Under the pieces are notes generated by a model, which was given only the letters and a program-made list of their open reading frames with translations, was not told the DNA's origin and did no database searches. From Octopus vulgaris (taxonomy: Eukaryota): DNA of 64,000 nt. The DNA lies in the NCBI GenBank assembly GCA_951406725.2, contig OX597815.1:135904001-135968000 (forward strand). The letters are read 5' to 3'. Below are positions 28,157 through 43,303 of this stretch, piece after piece; position 1 is the stretch's first letter, and each line of letters opens with the position of its first letter. The position numbers were made by a program, and so were the translations under genes.

Positions 28157-30159
28157 TTATCTGTTTCTTGTTTCTCTTTCTCTCGTTGTTTCACTATGTA
28201 ATTCTACACGTCCCAGAGAGAGAAGTGGAAGTAGCTTATAGCTACATCCTCATAAAAATACTATAAATAACAGGTGTTGATTTTTACTCATTTGCATATC
28301 AGTACATGCTCTTGTAGTGTTAATACAATAACTAAAGTATTTTTTAAAACGGTTCCATCTGTCTTATGGAATATTACATTGTGTTATAATGAGTTATATT
28401 TGCAAACTATATCGAAAATGCATTGCTTTCTGTTGACAGGTATTTTATGTTAATCACGTAATGTATTTAAAAGTACTTTTTATTATAAATTGCAGTGTTT
28501 CGTTTATCAGTATGTTTGGTATTGTTCGGTATTATCTGTTGTATTCTGGTGTGTCATATTGTGATTATATTTCTATTGTCTTTAAATGTTAACGCTATTG
28601 TCGTGTAATCATGCATAGCAAGTTTAGAATTTTACATATTGTGTTGTAGATTATCAAAATACTATGGTCTGCATTTCTACTACTTTGTACAGTATATTAT
28701 ATTCTATTCATAATTCATTGTTTTACATTTTGTGTTTAAGGAATTTTTTATGTAACTTCGATTGTGTTTCTATAGTACGTGGTTACGTTGTATTTAATAT
28801 GTATCATGATTTACTCTGTTACTTTAGACTTAAATTATCTAATATTGATCAAGTTAATTTTCTACCACTAATTATTATTTACCGTTACTAAAACGCATTT
28901 GATACGAGAAAACATTTGTATATCTTAGTTACACTACCACATTTATGAGTTGAACTATTTATTGCTTCTAGCAACATGGGTGGTAAGGCCCCATAATCTA
29001 AATAGCTCTGGTTAAATATTTGCATTGAATAATTAAGGTTACCGTTGCAGAATTTGAGGAGCGCGTGAAATCGATTAGTCCTTTAATCTACCAGTAAATC
29101 TCTTGCCCACAGTACCCTTTAAGAAGTCAGTCGGTCAGATAGTATTACACTACCACATACCACAACCTACAAAGTTTGAAAAAGAAAAGAATCACACTTT
29201 GAATTATGTCAGTAAAGAAGATGGGATCATATCAGCTGGAAAGTATGTGATCATAACCTTGCAGGATCGTGACTGATCTGGGACCAATTGACATTATCAA
29301 CATCAACCTAACCCTGCCCTCTTGATAAAGCCTGAGATACACCACATCTGAAAAATAATATCTGTTGGTTATACCTGTACCTTTGGTCATAGTTCTGATC
29401 CGTCAAGGGTTGAACAACATTGAATTACTGTTCATCATCTTAGGAAAAGGAAGGGCATATTAATTGTATAGCCCTAGACACATCACTTCTGAAAACAGAA
29501 ACGCTGATTTCCTCTAGAACTCTTTGATTCTAGGTCTCTTGGTCCAGGGGTGATCTGGAGTTAGAAATCTGATTTTTCATCTCCTGTCTTCCTTGTTTCA
29601 AACCCTGTTCTAATCCTATATATATGAGTTCAAGTGTATTTCACCACTGCAACAAAAACTGGACGTTGTTCTATTGTTGCTCTTACTAAACCGAATGCAA
29701 GTTTTGATTGAGCTGACCTAAAATCTGTCGAATTTTCTGAAAAATGCATATAGGACCTCATGATCCTGTACGTCATTCTTTTGCTTTTTTAAGGCAATAG
29801 ATTGTTACTTGAGTTAGATTTGGTTGCTGTTTCTTACAGGTTCGGCGACCACATAGTGACTCGCTTTCTTGTTGAACATAGGATCAGTAATATTGATCAT
29901 TGCAAGCTTTGTTTATTTACTTAAACATTTTCATCAAATCCATCTCCGTTCAGATTCTTTACCTACTTCCGTTTCTACTTGCTTTCCTTCTTTTTTTTTT
30001 CACTCTCTTCTTCGTGCTGTAACTTGTCTTTGTTCTTCTTGGATTTCTTGAAGTTGTTCTACTTTTACTACTCTTTGCTTTCTTACTTCCTTTCTTCTAA
30101 TCCTCTTATTTCCTTTTCTTTTTATTTTAATTTCATGCTTCTTTCCTTATTTTCTCTAC

Positions 30160-30248
<89 letters not shown>

Positions 30249-30292
30249 CTATTATTATTATTATTATTATTATCATTACTATTATTATTATC
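30160..30292. repeat. (TTA)n microsatellite
   Basis: Direct reading. Confidence 0.95.
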
Positions 30293-30703
30293 CCTTCCTC
30301 TTTTGCTTTCCTTTCTTTTCCTTCTCTGAAATATGAGGCTTTATTATCCTGAGTAGAGTTGAAATGATTCCGGAAGTCGAAAATAAGTAGTAGGTATTTC
30401 TTGGAATAGCCATGAACAGCTTTGTAGATCAAGAAATCAATACTATATTAATAATAAAATGTAATTTTTAGAAGAAAGGAATAAGCATCACGGCATCTCT
30501 TCCTATAAATTATAGAGTATTTGTACAAAATCAAATAAATATCGGTATGATAGTTGTACAAATTCTCTTGGTACGAGATCGAACCCTGCAGGGAAATATG
30601 CGCTTTAGTCATGGAGTCAATCTATGTCTTTTTTGACGGCTTTAAATTTCATGTGTGAGAAATATTAAGTAGTAATACACAGCTTCATGTGTATATTACT
30701 TTG

Positions 30704-30786
<83 letters not shown>

Positions 30787-32359
30787 TTTATGCATGTCTT
30801 ATGTGTAACAGGTGGCATGTCATTAATTTATGGCGGGACGAGTCTGGAAGACATTACTGATCTGCAGTAGATTTAATGAAGCGTTATGTGGAAAGAGCTC
30901 CGTTATTACATGTTGCATTGGTACAGCCTTGTATGAAACTTCGTATCCAGAAAATGATAGGCGTCAGTTATATGCTAGGAATTTGGCAGAACAGGTTTCA
31001 TGCCAAACACGTTCGATGGTTTTGTTAGAATTCTTAAATATGAGGGATTGTTGAGGAGCTACTTGGGAAAACAAGTCTCTGAATCTGCTGAAAAACGTTA
31101 TACAAATGGTTATTAATGAGCGACCAAGCAAGAGGAGAGAGTGAGACAGAGAGTCAGAGACAAACAGACAGAGACAAATAGACAGAGACATAGACAGAGA
31201 CAGACAGACAGACAGACAGACAGACTTAAGATAATATGAGAATCTAATACCTCGTACTTAAGATATCCATTTTGTGAATGATATATGCACTGTCATGATG
31301 AGTTTGCTGCGCTATGAACTGGTTGTTGCACATCTCCCAGCATGCTTTGCCATAGTCGAAAGTAAGACTGGAACGAGCAAGCAGAGCAGCTTCTACAAAA
31401 CTGCTTATTTGCTGGAAATTGCAACCAAACCTTCCTCACATAACGTGATTTTTTTTCTTTTTTTAATATTACTCGTCAGATAATGCAATCCTAGATTACG
31501 CTACAATGTTAGAATGCTTTTCAGACAATGCGTTTACACGACACGGTATAGTCTGGCTTGAACTGATCTGTGCTGACATGAGCAAAACAGCAACAACAAT
31601 TACAGGAACTCACCGGTAATTCAGAGGGCACGGAAATGTCATGATGGATAAATGAAGCAACCACTCTTAGCGTTCTTCGTCCAACGTAGGGCTTGGACTT
31701 GGAAGTACTTTTAGATCACAGGGCACGAATGAAACCATTTCATTGGTTAATTATTAAAATGATCTGACTAATTACATTAGCAATCATTTTCAATCAGAGT
31801 TATTTTAGATTGGTCATTACTTTGTTTATGGCTCGATTCGGTGCCTTCGAAAACAACAAGCATTTGGTATAGCATCGCTCTATGCAACAATGCTGTTTGG
31901 CAATCAGGAACGACTCCCTTTTACATACGAGCATGGGCTTTTTCTTTCGAGTTGTTGTCGTCGTCGTCATCATCGCTACATCATAATCATCATCATCATC
32001 ACCATCATCGTGCATCATAGTAAATGCTACATTTATCAAGATTGTTCTTATGTTAGCTAGTTGTTACTGCCGTTTCTTTTTACCATTGTTCGTATCGTTG
32101 TGGATCAATGAGGTTTTAATGGTTAATATCACCATTAGACAAAGTTGTGTGGTGTTGCTGTTGATGTTGTTTATGATGGCGATGATGGTGTAAATTAAAA
32201 TATGAATGTTGTCGTTTAGCCCCAGTTGTAACCACCTTGTCTTTTGGGAGAATGTAGGGCTACGTTATCTAATTTTTCTGTTATAAAACGTCAAGGTGAT
32301 TTGGCTGTTATTTCTAGCTGAGCAAGGGACATCGCAGAGACTCCCCTATTAGCACACAT

Positions 32360-32994
32360 TGAAGATGTTGATGGTGTTGATAATGTTGATGTCCATCGAG
32401 GAGAGAGAGACGAAGAAGACAATGATTGTAGTGGCAATAATAATGATGGTAATGATAATAATAGTGTTGGTCATGATCCAGATAGCCTTGATAATGACTG
32501 GGATGATGATGGTGATGGTGATGATGATAACGATGACAATAATGACGATGACAACGATGATGATGATGATGACGATTATGATGAACACGATGACGACGAC
32601 AACGATAGTGAAAACGACGACGACGACGCCAATGACAAAGATAATAATGATACCGGTGATGGTAATTATAACAATGATTGTGATCATGATTATAAAGAAG
32701 TTAATTGTTGTAAACAAGAAATCTTTCCAGCTCTCCCTCTAATTATCTTTCTGTCTGTTGTACGCTTTTTCTTTTTCTTTCTTTCAGTCTGTCTCTCTGT
32801 CTCTCTCTCTCTCTCTCTCTTTCTCTTTACCTTTCTCTCCCACTCTTTCTCCCTTATTCAGCCGCTCACTCAGTCACTAATCTACTGTCTCCATCCTCTT
32901 ACAGACTGCCATGATGTGTATATATGAAGAACTGTCATATAAACAGGCGTCAATAACGGTAGCATCGGGCGACCGGCATTGGCAGCAACAGTGA

Positions 32995-33027
<33 letters not shown>

Positions 33028-33130
33028 TAGGGGCAATAGCAATAAGTAACGGCAGCAACTGCAGCAGCAGCAACAACAGTAACAACAAACAGCTCTAGGA
33101 AAATCAGCAAAGCGACAAACGGCATAACAA
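32360..33130. repeat. Degenerate trinucleotide arrays: GAT/GAC/AAT, then (CT)n, then CAG/CAA
   Basis: Direct reading. The ORFs here are low-complexity artefacts. Confidence 0.85.
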
Positions 33131-33539
33131 CAACGGGTACATTAGAAAACGGCATCCCCATTTTATTTTTTTTACAAAACAAAAAAAAAATTTTTTTTTT
33201 TTAAAAACAAATAATAGCAAATACAACAAACAAAAATTTAACAACAGTTGCAAGCAAAACAACAACAACAAAAAAAAGAAAGGAACATTGCTAATCACAC
33301 CAAGCATAAACATCTGCATGCCAAAGGTCTGTTCGTCCAGAATTGACAGAAGGGTTAAACAACAGAAACAATACAAGCTCCAAAAATAACGAACACATGA
33401 AGCGTTATAATAACTGTCAGTTATAAGGAAAAAAAAACTTCTTCTAACAAGAATAACAACAGCAACAACAATTCATCAACGTTATCAGCATCCATTAATA
33501 TTGATTTCATGCAAAATTATCGTTCTTCTTCTTTATCTT

Positions 33540-33542
<3 letters not shown>

Positions 33543-33608
<66 letters not shown>

Positions 33609-33617
33609 TATTATTAC

Positions 33618-33660
<43 letters not shown>

Positions 33661-33925
33661 TAGCCGGGCTTGCTGGGCGAACCGTCAGTGCGTCGGACAA
33701 AATGCTTACTGATACTACTTTCGGCTCGTTGCGTTCTGCGTTCGAATACCGCCGAAGTCGACTTTGCCTTTTATTCCTTTGGGGTTCTATAAAAAAATAA
33801 AGTACCAGTCAAGTGCTGGATTTATGATAGTGACTAACATCATTCATTACTCCACTCAAAAGTATCTGACCTTGCGCCTAAATTATTATTATTATTATTA
33901 TTATTATGATTATTATTATTAAAAG
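33543..33925 (+). mobile_element. Diverged SINE family A embedded in (TTA)n/(TAG)n
   Basis: cgttctgcgttcgaataccgccgaagtcgactttgccttttattcctttgggg..aagtaccagt. Confidence 0.7.
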
Positions 33926-34694
33926 TATTTTAATAATGGTTTAATGCAAAGTATTTTTGTTAGCATATACAGCATTTTAATCAAATGATACGAACAGAAC
34001 AAAAACAACAATAATTACTACAACAATTATAACAAGTCGAGCAAAACAAGAACAAATTTAATATTTCAAAGACTAAAAAGAGTTCACTGCAAAAGTACTG
34101 TAAAATAAACAAAAAAACAAAAATAAAAAAATATATATAACAATATCTAAAACAAGAAAACAAGCAATACAACATCAACATAACCAACAAAGGAAAAAAG
34201 GGGGGAAAAGGACTAGCGATAGAAAAATCAACATAATATATAAAAAAAAAGCTTAAAATCAAAAAGGGTTATGACATCGTAAAATCAACAGGAAAGGCAC
34301 AAGATAAACAACAGCAACAGGTACAGCAACAGGCAAAACTATTTTTATGAAATGTACGCCCCTGCCACAATTTACAGATGAAGTAAATAACCCAGCAACC
34401 CACTTGCGTCACTGAGTCAACGAACGAAACAACAGAAATTGCCATAGTTTCAAACTCTGGCAATGTAGGTAAGTACTTATATTTAACTTCGTTTTACACA
34501 CACACACACACACAGAGGCATATAGACACACGCGGATACACATACACACACGGATACACATACACACGCATATACACTCACGGATTCATACACACGCACC
34601 TACACTGACATATACATACACATATATACGTGTGACCAAACATGCACATGCCAGGACCATGTAGTCTCGTATACGCATATATATATATATATAT

Positions 34695-34754
<60 letters not shown>

Positions 34755-34800
34755 AGGGTGTGTATATATACGTATGTTCAGTGTATACATGCCTCTATAT

Positions 34801-34867
<67 letters not shown>

Positions 34868-34987
34868 GTTTTTATATATACGCTCATATATTCATGAAAT
34901 ATGCATATATATATATATATAATATATATAAACACACATGCATAAATGCATACTTTGAGAAATACGTGCACACATCCAAATATATAG

Positions 34988-35054
<67 letters not shown>

Positions 35055-35328
35055 CATACATGCATGCATGTATGTGTATGTGTATATATATATGTATGTA
35101 TGTATGTATATTCACGACATTGTTGTGTACATTTTTCTGCAGAATTCTACTTGCATGTTATTCGCTAATCAGAGGCTATACCAGAAAACACTTGTTAACC
35201 ATGTTGCCGAGAGATTGAATCGAGACGCGAACCACGTGGTTGTAGAAAGCACTAACTAATCAAACAAACATGTGGTTTAGGTGCAGAGGCAGACAAAAAC
35301 TCAGAAAAATGTCAGTTATTATCATTAC

Positions 35329-35361
<33 letters not shown>

Positions 35362-35385
35362 ATACATATATGTAAGTACACAATA

Positions 35386-35422
<37 letters not shown>

Positions 35423-35631
35423 ATATATATACATACATTAGGTCGTTCAATTGTGTTTGCAATCGATCGATGGGCCGATTGAATTAACCTATCAATAACG
35501 AAAAATATCCAATGACTATTATTCATTCTTTGTTTTATGAGTATGTATGTATGTATGTATGTATGTATGTATGTATGTATGTATGTATGTATGTATGTAT
35601 GCATGTATGTATTATGTATGTATGTATGTAT

Positions 35632-35663
<32 letters not shown>

Positions 35664-36004
35664 ACTTACTTGGAAAAGGATGCGTGGCGTTCAATCATAT
35701 AATAATATAATATATAATTATATGCATATATACATACATATATGTACATACTTGTATATGTATATATACATGCATATATGGGTAAGTACATTTAAAAATA
35801 TGTTGAACACAATGAGAAACGAAAAGATAAAAACAGTATGTATGCATGTATGTGCTAGCACAGCTATGTGGTTAAGATTGTCACTTTGCAACTCCATGGT
35901 CTGCAGAATAGTTCCACTGCCCGGTGCCTGGGTCAATGCCTTATGCTGTATTCTCAATCCAAGCGAACGTGACCTGGCAGGCAGAGGCTCTGTGGAATCC
36001 TATC

Positions 36005-36090
<86 letters not shown>

Positions 36091-36393
36091 CACACACACA
36101 CACACACAAACACACACAGACGATGGGCTTCCACTCAGTTTCTACTTGTTAAATATGATGTACTTGTTTGTGTATCTGCGTCGATGTTGTTTTGTTTACG
36201 TCCCCCTAACGAAGCAGTTCTGCAAAAAGAACGATAGAAAATGTTCTAAATTTGAAAATAAATATTATAAATTTACTCCTACCTCAGTTCGTCTAATTGT
36301 ATATATATTTATCGTTACTTTTCATAAAAAGCCTTTATTATTTTGATTTCTAGTGTGCATTTTTCGCACATTTCGTACGTGTATGTATGTATG

Positions 36394-36456
<63 letters not shown>

Positions 36457-36570
36457 GTATATATATACATATATAAAATTATAATTTAGGGTATCTAAGA
36501 GATAGCAGCCAAAACTTGATTCTAAAACCGAGTATGTATACGTTCGTATATGCAAGTATATTGTATGTTG

Positions 36571-36611
<41 letters not shown>

Positions 36612-36904
36612 AGCCAAAAATCCAGGATCTGGAATTATCCAGTAATTTCTTTTTCTCCTGGTGCTGTATGAACATTTAATGTGGTTTTAGAGTCAAGTTT
36701 TGACTGCTATTTCCAGCGAGGTGGTATCTCTTATATACCATAATTTTTAATTTTGAATAATTATTACCTTTGAAAGTTTTTATTCTCATGCTCGGCATTT
36801 AAATATCGATCTTATCCTTATTTATATAAATTTCTATACATACACACACATATATATATACATATATATATATACATGCATGTATATATATATATGTGTG
36901 TATG

Positions 36905-36962
<58 letters not shown>

Positions 36963-36977
36963 ATGTATATATATATG

Positions 36978-37014
<37 letters not shown>

Positions 37015-37256
37015 GTATATATATATGTATGTATATATATGTAAGTATATATATATATGTAAGTATATATATATATGTAAATATATATATATATGCAAAT
37101 ATATATATACATATATATATATAGTGTATATATATATATTTATGTATGGATATATATATATATGTATGTATATATTTATGAATGGATATATATATATATA
37201 TGTATGTATATATTTATGAATGGATATATATAAATAGGTATATATATATATATATT

Positions 37257-37559
37257 ATGACCCAGTGGTTAGAGCAGCGAACTCGTGGTTGTAGGATCGC
37301 GGTTTCAATTCCCAGACCGGGCGTTGTGAGTGTTTATTGAGCGAAAACATCTAAAGCTCCACCAGGCTCCGGCAGGTTGGGGGGGGGGCGATCCCCGCTG
37401 TACTTTTTCGCCACAACTTTCTCTCACTCTTTCTTCTCTTGGCCTGCTCGCTTAGCCAGTGGGGTGGCATCATTTGAAGGCTAAAACAATGCGAAGCGCA
37501 TTGTGACCAGCCATGTGTAGCAACATTTGATAGCCTGATCGGTCACGGTGATCCCGATG

Positions 37560-37560
<1 letters not shown>
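37257..37560 (+). mobile_element. tRNA-derived SINE family C
   Basis: A-box-like tgacccagtggttagagcagcg and B-box-like ggtttcaattccc, a unique body and a (cggtgat)-type tail. Flanked by (TA)n. Confidence 0.7.
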
Positions 37561-37605
<45 letters not shown>

Positions 37606-38027
37606 CATGCATGCATGCATGCATGCATGCATACATACATACATACATACATACATACATACATACATACATACATACATACATACATACATGCATACAT
37701 ACATACATACATACATACATACATACATACATACATACATACATACATACATACTTACATACACACAGACACATATAAAGGCAAGTGAATGAGCATTATC
37801 CCAAATGCCCTCGATGATCTACATCACTGTTTGGATAATATTAATAAAAGAAATATTAGTTTTACTGTTATTAATAGCATCGTTCTTCAGTATTTATTTA
37901 GATACGAATATGAAAGTATTTCGTAAAACCCCTGTCAACGACTACTCCGCACATCTTAGTGTGCATGTAAGCAATGGATGGCCATGCGTTCGTCTGAGCT
38001 GATGTTATATGCATATATATTGTATAT

Positions 38028-38250
38028 TAAGGCAGCGAGCTGGCAGAAACGTTAGGACGCCGGACGAAATGCGTAGCCGTATTTCGTCTGCCGTTACGTT
38101 CTGAGTTCAAATTCCGCCGAGGTCGACGTTGCCTTTCATCCTTTCGGGATCGATTAAATAAGTACCAGTTACGTACTGGGGTCGGTATAATCGACTTAAT
38201 CTGTCTGTCTGTCCCTTCTATGTTTAGCCCCTTGTGGGTAATAAAGAAAC
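38028..38250 (+). mobile_element. SINE family A, full length
   Basis: aaggcagcgagctggcagaaacgttag..gagttcaaattccgccgaggtcgac..gccccttgtgggtaataaagaaa, with Pol III A/B boxes. Confidence 0.9.
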
Positions 38251-38593
38251 ATATATATTGTATATCCGTGTGCGTTTGTTTGTAGGCATGTCTGTGGATG
38301 CACATGTAGTCTGTACATGTATGTGCAAGTGAGTATATACATATGCATATGTACCAATATATTTATTCTATTATTTTTATTATCATCATCATCATTATTA
38401 GACCGGTTACATATTTAGCGGCATTTCACCAGTCCTCAATTTCCGCCGGGGTCGACTTTGCCTTTAACCCATACGGGGTCGATAAAATAAGTACCAGTTA
38501 GGCACTAGTGTTGAAGTAATCTAACGCCCACCCCTAAAATTTCAGGTCTTGTGCTTATTGTAGAAAGGATAATTTTTATTACTCTTGTCATCA

Positions 38594-38656
<63 letters not shown>

Positions 38657-38657
<1 letters not shown>

Positions 38658-38860
38658 AGGCGGCGAGCTGGCAGAATCGTTAGCACACCGAGTGAAATGC
38701 TAAGCAGTATTTCGTCTCCACTACGTTCTGAGTTCAGATTCCGCCCAGGTCGACTTTGCCTTTCATACTTTCGGGGTCAATAAATTAAGTATCAGGTGAG
38801 TACGGGGGTCGAAGAAATCCCCCAAAATTCAAGCCTTGTGCCTATAGAAAAAAGAATTAT
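38657..38860 (+). mobile_element. SINE family A variant with alternative tail, in (TTA)n
   Basis: Same head and core as 38028; tail ccccaaaattcaagccttgtgcctatag. Confidence 0.8.
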
Positions 38861-38881
38861 CATTATTATTATTATTATTAT

Positions 38882-38945
<64 letters not shown>

Positions 38946-39397
38946 TGTAGTTCACTCAGGCATGGTGATACTAATAACCTGGTCTTAGGACTTAATATAG
39001 ACATGTTTCAGAACAAAGCATCAGTTGACCACAGAGAATAGAAATTAACATGACAAAGAAATAATAAATTATGTCATGTACTTCATTAGCTCACAGCTGT
39101 TTCCGTTATTAGTTTTCCTAAAGCATGTTTATGCTTCTTTCGTCGGTAATGCTTTCGTGTGTATATATAAATAAATGTAAATTCTTTTCCAAATGAGATT
39201 GTACTTCATTGCAGAAGCTCCGATAAAGCTATGTAGGACGATGCACAAACATTCAACTTTGAGTGAATTGCATTTTATAACAGGAACAGCTGTAAGCTAC
39301 CGAACTTCATGACGTAATTTCTTATTCCCTTGCCATTCTAATTTCTTACACACACAAACACACGCGCGCACACACACACATATATATATAATTTATC

Positions 39398-39586
39398 CTT
39401 CCTTGTTTCAGTCATTGGACCACGGCCATGCTGGAGCATCGCCTTGAAGTGTTTAGTCAAACAAATCAACCCCAGTAGTATTTCTTTTAAACCTGGTATT
39501 TATTCTATCGTTCTCCCGTATCGAACCGCTACATTATGGGGGACATAAACAAATGTCATCAGTTGTCAAGCGGTGATGGGGACAAA

Positions 39587-39600
<14 letters not shown>
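39398..39600 (-). mobile_element. SINE family B, 3' half
   Basis: ttgtttcagtcattggaccacggccatgctggagcatcgcc..gttgtcaagcggtg. Confidence 0.75.
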
Positions 39601-39680
<80 letters not shown>

Positions 39681-39963
39681 TGTATGTAAGTGTGTTCGTG
39701 TGTGTGAGCATGTATTTGTGTATATGTCTTGAATAAGTACCAGTCACGAAAAATCAATTACGTGCAGACATGGTTATGTTGTTAAGAAGCTCGTCTCGTA
39801 ACCTCATTTTGTCAGGTTCAGTCCTATTGTGCGGCACCATAAGCAAACATTTTCTGGTATGACCCAGAGCTGATGAATGCCTTGTGAGTCGATTTGGTGA
39901 AAATTCAAAGAGGCGCCCCACCATCCCGGTATCAAGATTGAAACATATATAACATACATAGGT

Positions 39964-40110
<147 letters not shown>

Positions 40111-40136
40111 GGTATAAATACACACATATATATATA

Positions 40137-42627
40137 TATCATCATCGTTTAGCGTCCGCTTTCCATGCTAGCATGGGTTGGACGGTTCAACTGGGGTCTG
40201 GGAAGCCAGAAGGCTGCACCAGGCCCAGTTTGATCTGGCAATGTTTCTACGGCTGGATGCCCTTCCTAACGCCAACCACTACAGAAGTGTAGTGGGTGTT
40301 TTTTACGTGCCACCGGCACAGGTGCCAGACGAGTCTGGCAAAAGGCCACGATCGGATGGTGCTTTTTATGTGCCACCGGCACGGGGGCCAGGCGAGGCTG
40401 GCAACGGCCACGAACGGATGGTGCTTTTTACGTTCCACCGGCACGAGGCCAGTCGGGTCGGAGCTGGCAACGGCCACGTTCGGATGGTTCTCTTACGTGC
40501 CACCGGCACTGGTAACTCAGCTGCAATTTCCATTGGTCGATTTCCATTCTGATTTCTCACTTGCCTCAACAGGTCTTCACAAGTAGAGTTTTGTGTCCCA
40601 AGAAGGGAAGGTATGCATTAGTGAACTGGCTACATCCCGTGTAGAAGGCCACGGGTTATGGTCTCACTTGTCCTGCCAGGTCTTCTCACGCACAGCATAC
40701 TTCCAGAGGTCTCGGTCTCTCGTCATTTCCTCAGTGAGACCTAAAGTTCGAAGGTCATGCTTCACCACCTCGTCCCAGGTCTTCCTGGGTCTGCCTCTTC
40801 CACAGGTTCCCTCAACCGCTAGGGTGTGGCACTTTTTCACACAACTATCTTCATCCATTCTCGCCACATGTCCATACCAGCGCAAACGTCTCTCTCGCAC
40901 ACCACATCTGATGCTTCTTAGGTCCAGCTTTTCTCTCAAGGTGCTTACACTCTGTCGAGTATGAACACTGACATTACACATCCATCGGAGCATACTAGCT
41001 TCATTTCTTGCGAGCTTACGCATATCCTCAGCAGTCACGGCCCATGTTTCACTGCCATGTAGCATGGCTGTTCGTACACACGCGTCATAAGTCTGCCTTT
41101 TACTCTGAACGAGAGGCCTTTTGTCACCAGCAGAGGTAAGAGCTCTCTGAACTATTCTTACACTAGCAGTTACACTTTCAGCACACCCGCCCCCGCTGCT
41201 GACTTGGTCACCTAGGTAACGGAAGCTATCATCTATTTCTAGTTTTTCTCCCTGGAAAGTGACAGAAGTTGGTCTCACAGCATTTTCAGTGTTTATTGTT
41301 CCTGAGCATCTGCCACATACAAAAACTATCTTCCTAGTTAGCCTTCCTTTGACATTGCTGCACCTCTTATGTGTCCATAGCTTACACTTGGTGCATCTTA
41401 TAGAGTTTCTACCTACACCTTTTCTACAGATCGAGCAGGGTCATCTACCTGAAGGCGTTTGTGATTTGTCTACCTTCCTACTTATTAAGACTTTGGTTTT
41501 AGCTAGATTGACTCTAAGGCCCTTCGATTCTAATCCTTGCTTCCACACCTGAAACTTCTCCTCCAGTTCTGATAGTGACTCAGCAATTAGAGCAAGGTCA
41601 TCAGTATAGAGCAGTTCCCAAGGGCATCCTGTCTTGAATTCCTCCGTTATTGCCTGGAGGACTATGATAAATAGAAGGGGGCTGAGGACTGATCCTTGGT
41701 GGACCCCTACCTCTACCTTGAATTCTTCACTGTACTCGTTGCCAACCCTCACCTTACTAGCAGCGTCCCTGTACATGGCTCGCACAGCTCTCACTAACCA
41801 TTCATCTATCCCTAATTTCCTCATTGACCACCAGATAAGGGATCGGGGGACCCTGTCGAAGGCTTTCTCCATGTCAACAAAAGCCAGGTACAGGGGCTTA
41901 TCTTTGGCTAGGTATTTCTCCTGCAGCTGCCTTACCAGGAATATAGCATCAGTGGTACTTTTCCCTGGCACGAACCAAAACTGCATCTCATCTAAACTTA
42001 CTCTCTCTCTAATTAGTTGGGCTATGACCCTCTCCGTAACCTTCATTACCTGATCCAACAGCTTGATACCTCTGTAATTATTTGTATCTAGGGCGTCACC
42101 TTTACCTTTGTAGCAGTTGACTATTATGCTGCTACACCAGTCATTGGGTATGACTCCTTCGTGTATCACCTGATTAACTATACGGGTGACTAGGCTATAG
42201 CCGACACTACCAGATATTTTGAGCATCTCTGCAGTGATTCCTGATGGGCCTGGGGCTTTCCCTGTCTTCATGCTTCTAATTGCCTTAACTACCAAGGAAC
42301 TGTCAACTCGGATAGCTGGTCCCTCTGTTGGGTCAACATTCGGCAGACTCTCTTTATCCCATTCATTTTCTTTATTCAGCAACCTTTCATAGTGGCGTCT
42401 CCAAACCTCTCTCTTTGCATCCTCATTTAGCGCAAGTGAACCATCTTCCATGCGAACACACTTCTCTCCTACCACATCACAATTCTCTCTCACACACTGT
42501 CTTGCAACGCGAAACCCCTCCAGTCTTTGGTCCTCACGGCGCAGAACATTGGCAAATTTTTTCTTATCTGCTTCCCCTCTGGCTAGATAGACCTGTCTCC
42601 TAGCTTCCCTTTTGGCAGTCTGATACA
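40137..42627 (-). mobile_element. 5'-truncated RTE-clade LINE, pseudogenised
   Basis: NYRGIKLL, FVDMEKAFD, GVHQGSVLSPLLF, YTDD, FRYLG, HGSETW, RRLRWYGHV and GRGRPRKTW. Contains a stop at 41441 and frameshifts. The 3' end is ..aaacgatgatgat and both ends abut TA repeats. Confidence 0.92.
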
Positions 42628-42688
42628 ATATATATATATACTTGTACATAGATAGCTAACAGATGGCCTCTTATTAGCTAATTAGCTA

Positions 42689-42890
42689 CGAGGTGTGCTT
42701 GAGAAGTTCCTGGCTTTGGGTAAAATAAAATACAGGAGGATCGGTTAATTATGATTTTATTCAAAATATTTCCCTCTCAGATACACACACTGCAGATTTT
42801 CTAAGCCCTGTAAAAGAACCCGAAAGTTTGGCCCTCTAACCATGCCTTTCTTCATACCCTTAAAGCCAGGAACTTTTCAGCACCCCGTCG
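42689..42890. mobile_element. Mariner-type MITE with ~29-bp TIRs and TA target duplication
   Basis: ta|cgaggtgtgcttgagaagttcctggcttt ... aaagccaggaacttttcagcaccccgtcg|ta. A second copy lies at 60919-61126. Confidence 0.8.
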
Positions 42891-43066
42891 TAACTGTATC
42901 GATACACAAGTATACTTCTAACGAATTTTCACCGAAATTATGAAACACTAAATTGCATTTGAACTTAGAGCAAAGAAGAATTTAAACTTCAAGTTACGCT
43001 TTACAATTTCTGCTACAAGACATAATAGCACTTCTTCCCTGTAATTCTTTACTTACTCTGCTTATA

Positions 43067-43264
43067 TACTCTTTTACTCTTTTACTTGTTTCAGTCATTT
43101 GACTGCGGTCATGCTGGAGCACCGCCTTTAGTCGAGCAAATCGACCCCGGGACTTATTCTTTGTAAGCCCAGTACTTATTCTATCGGTCTCTTTTGGCGA
43201 ACCGCTAAGTGACGGGGACGTAAACACACCAGCATCGGTTGTCAAGCGATGTTCGGGGGGACAA

Positions 43265-43303
<39 letters not shown>

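Noticed and set aside
32349-33182. Poly-M/T/A/C/L protein-like ORFs
   Set aside because: Degenerate trinucleotide arrays with no splice or domain evidence.
40295-40510. CRISPR-like repeat/spacer appearance
   Set aside because: The variable parts are only 6-10 nt hairpin loops, it lies in an RTE 3' UTR, the context is eukaryotic and no cas genes are present.
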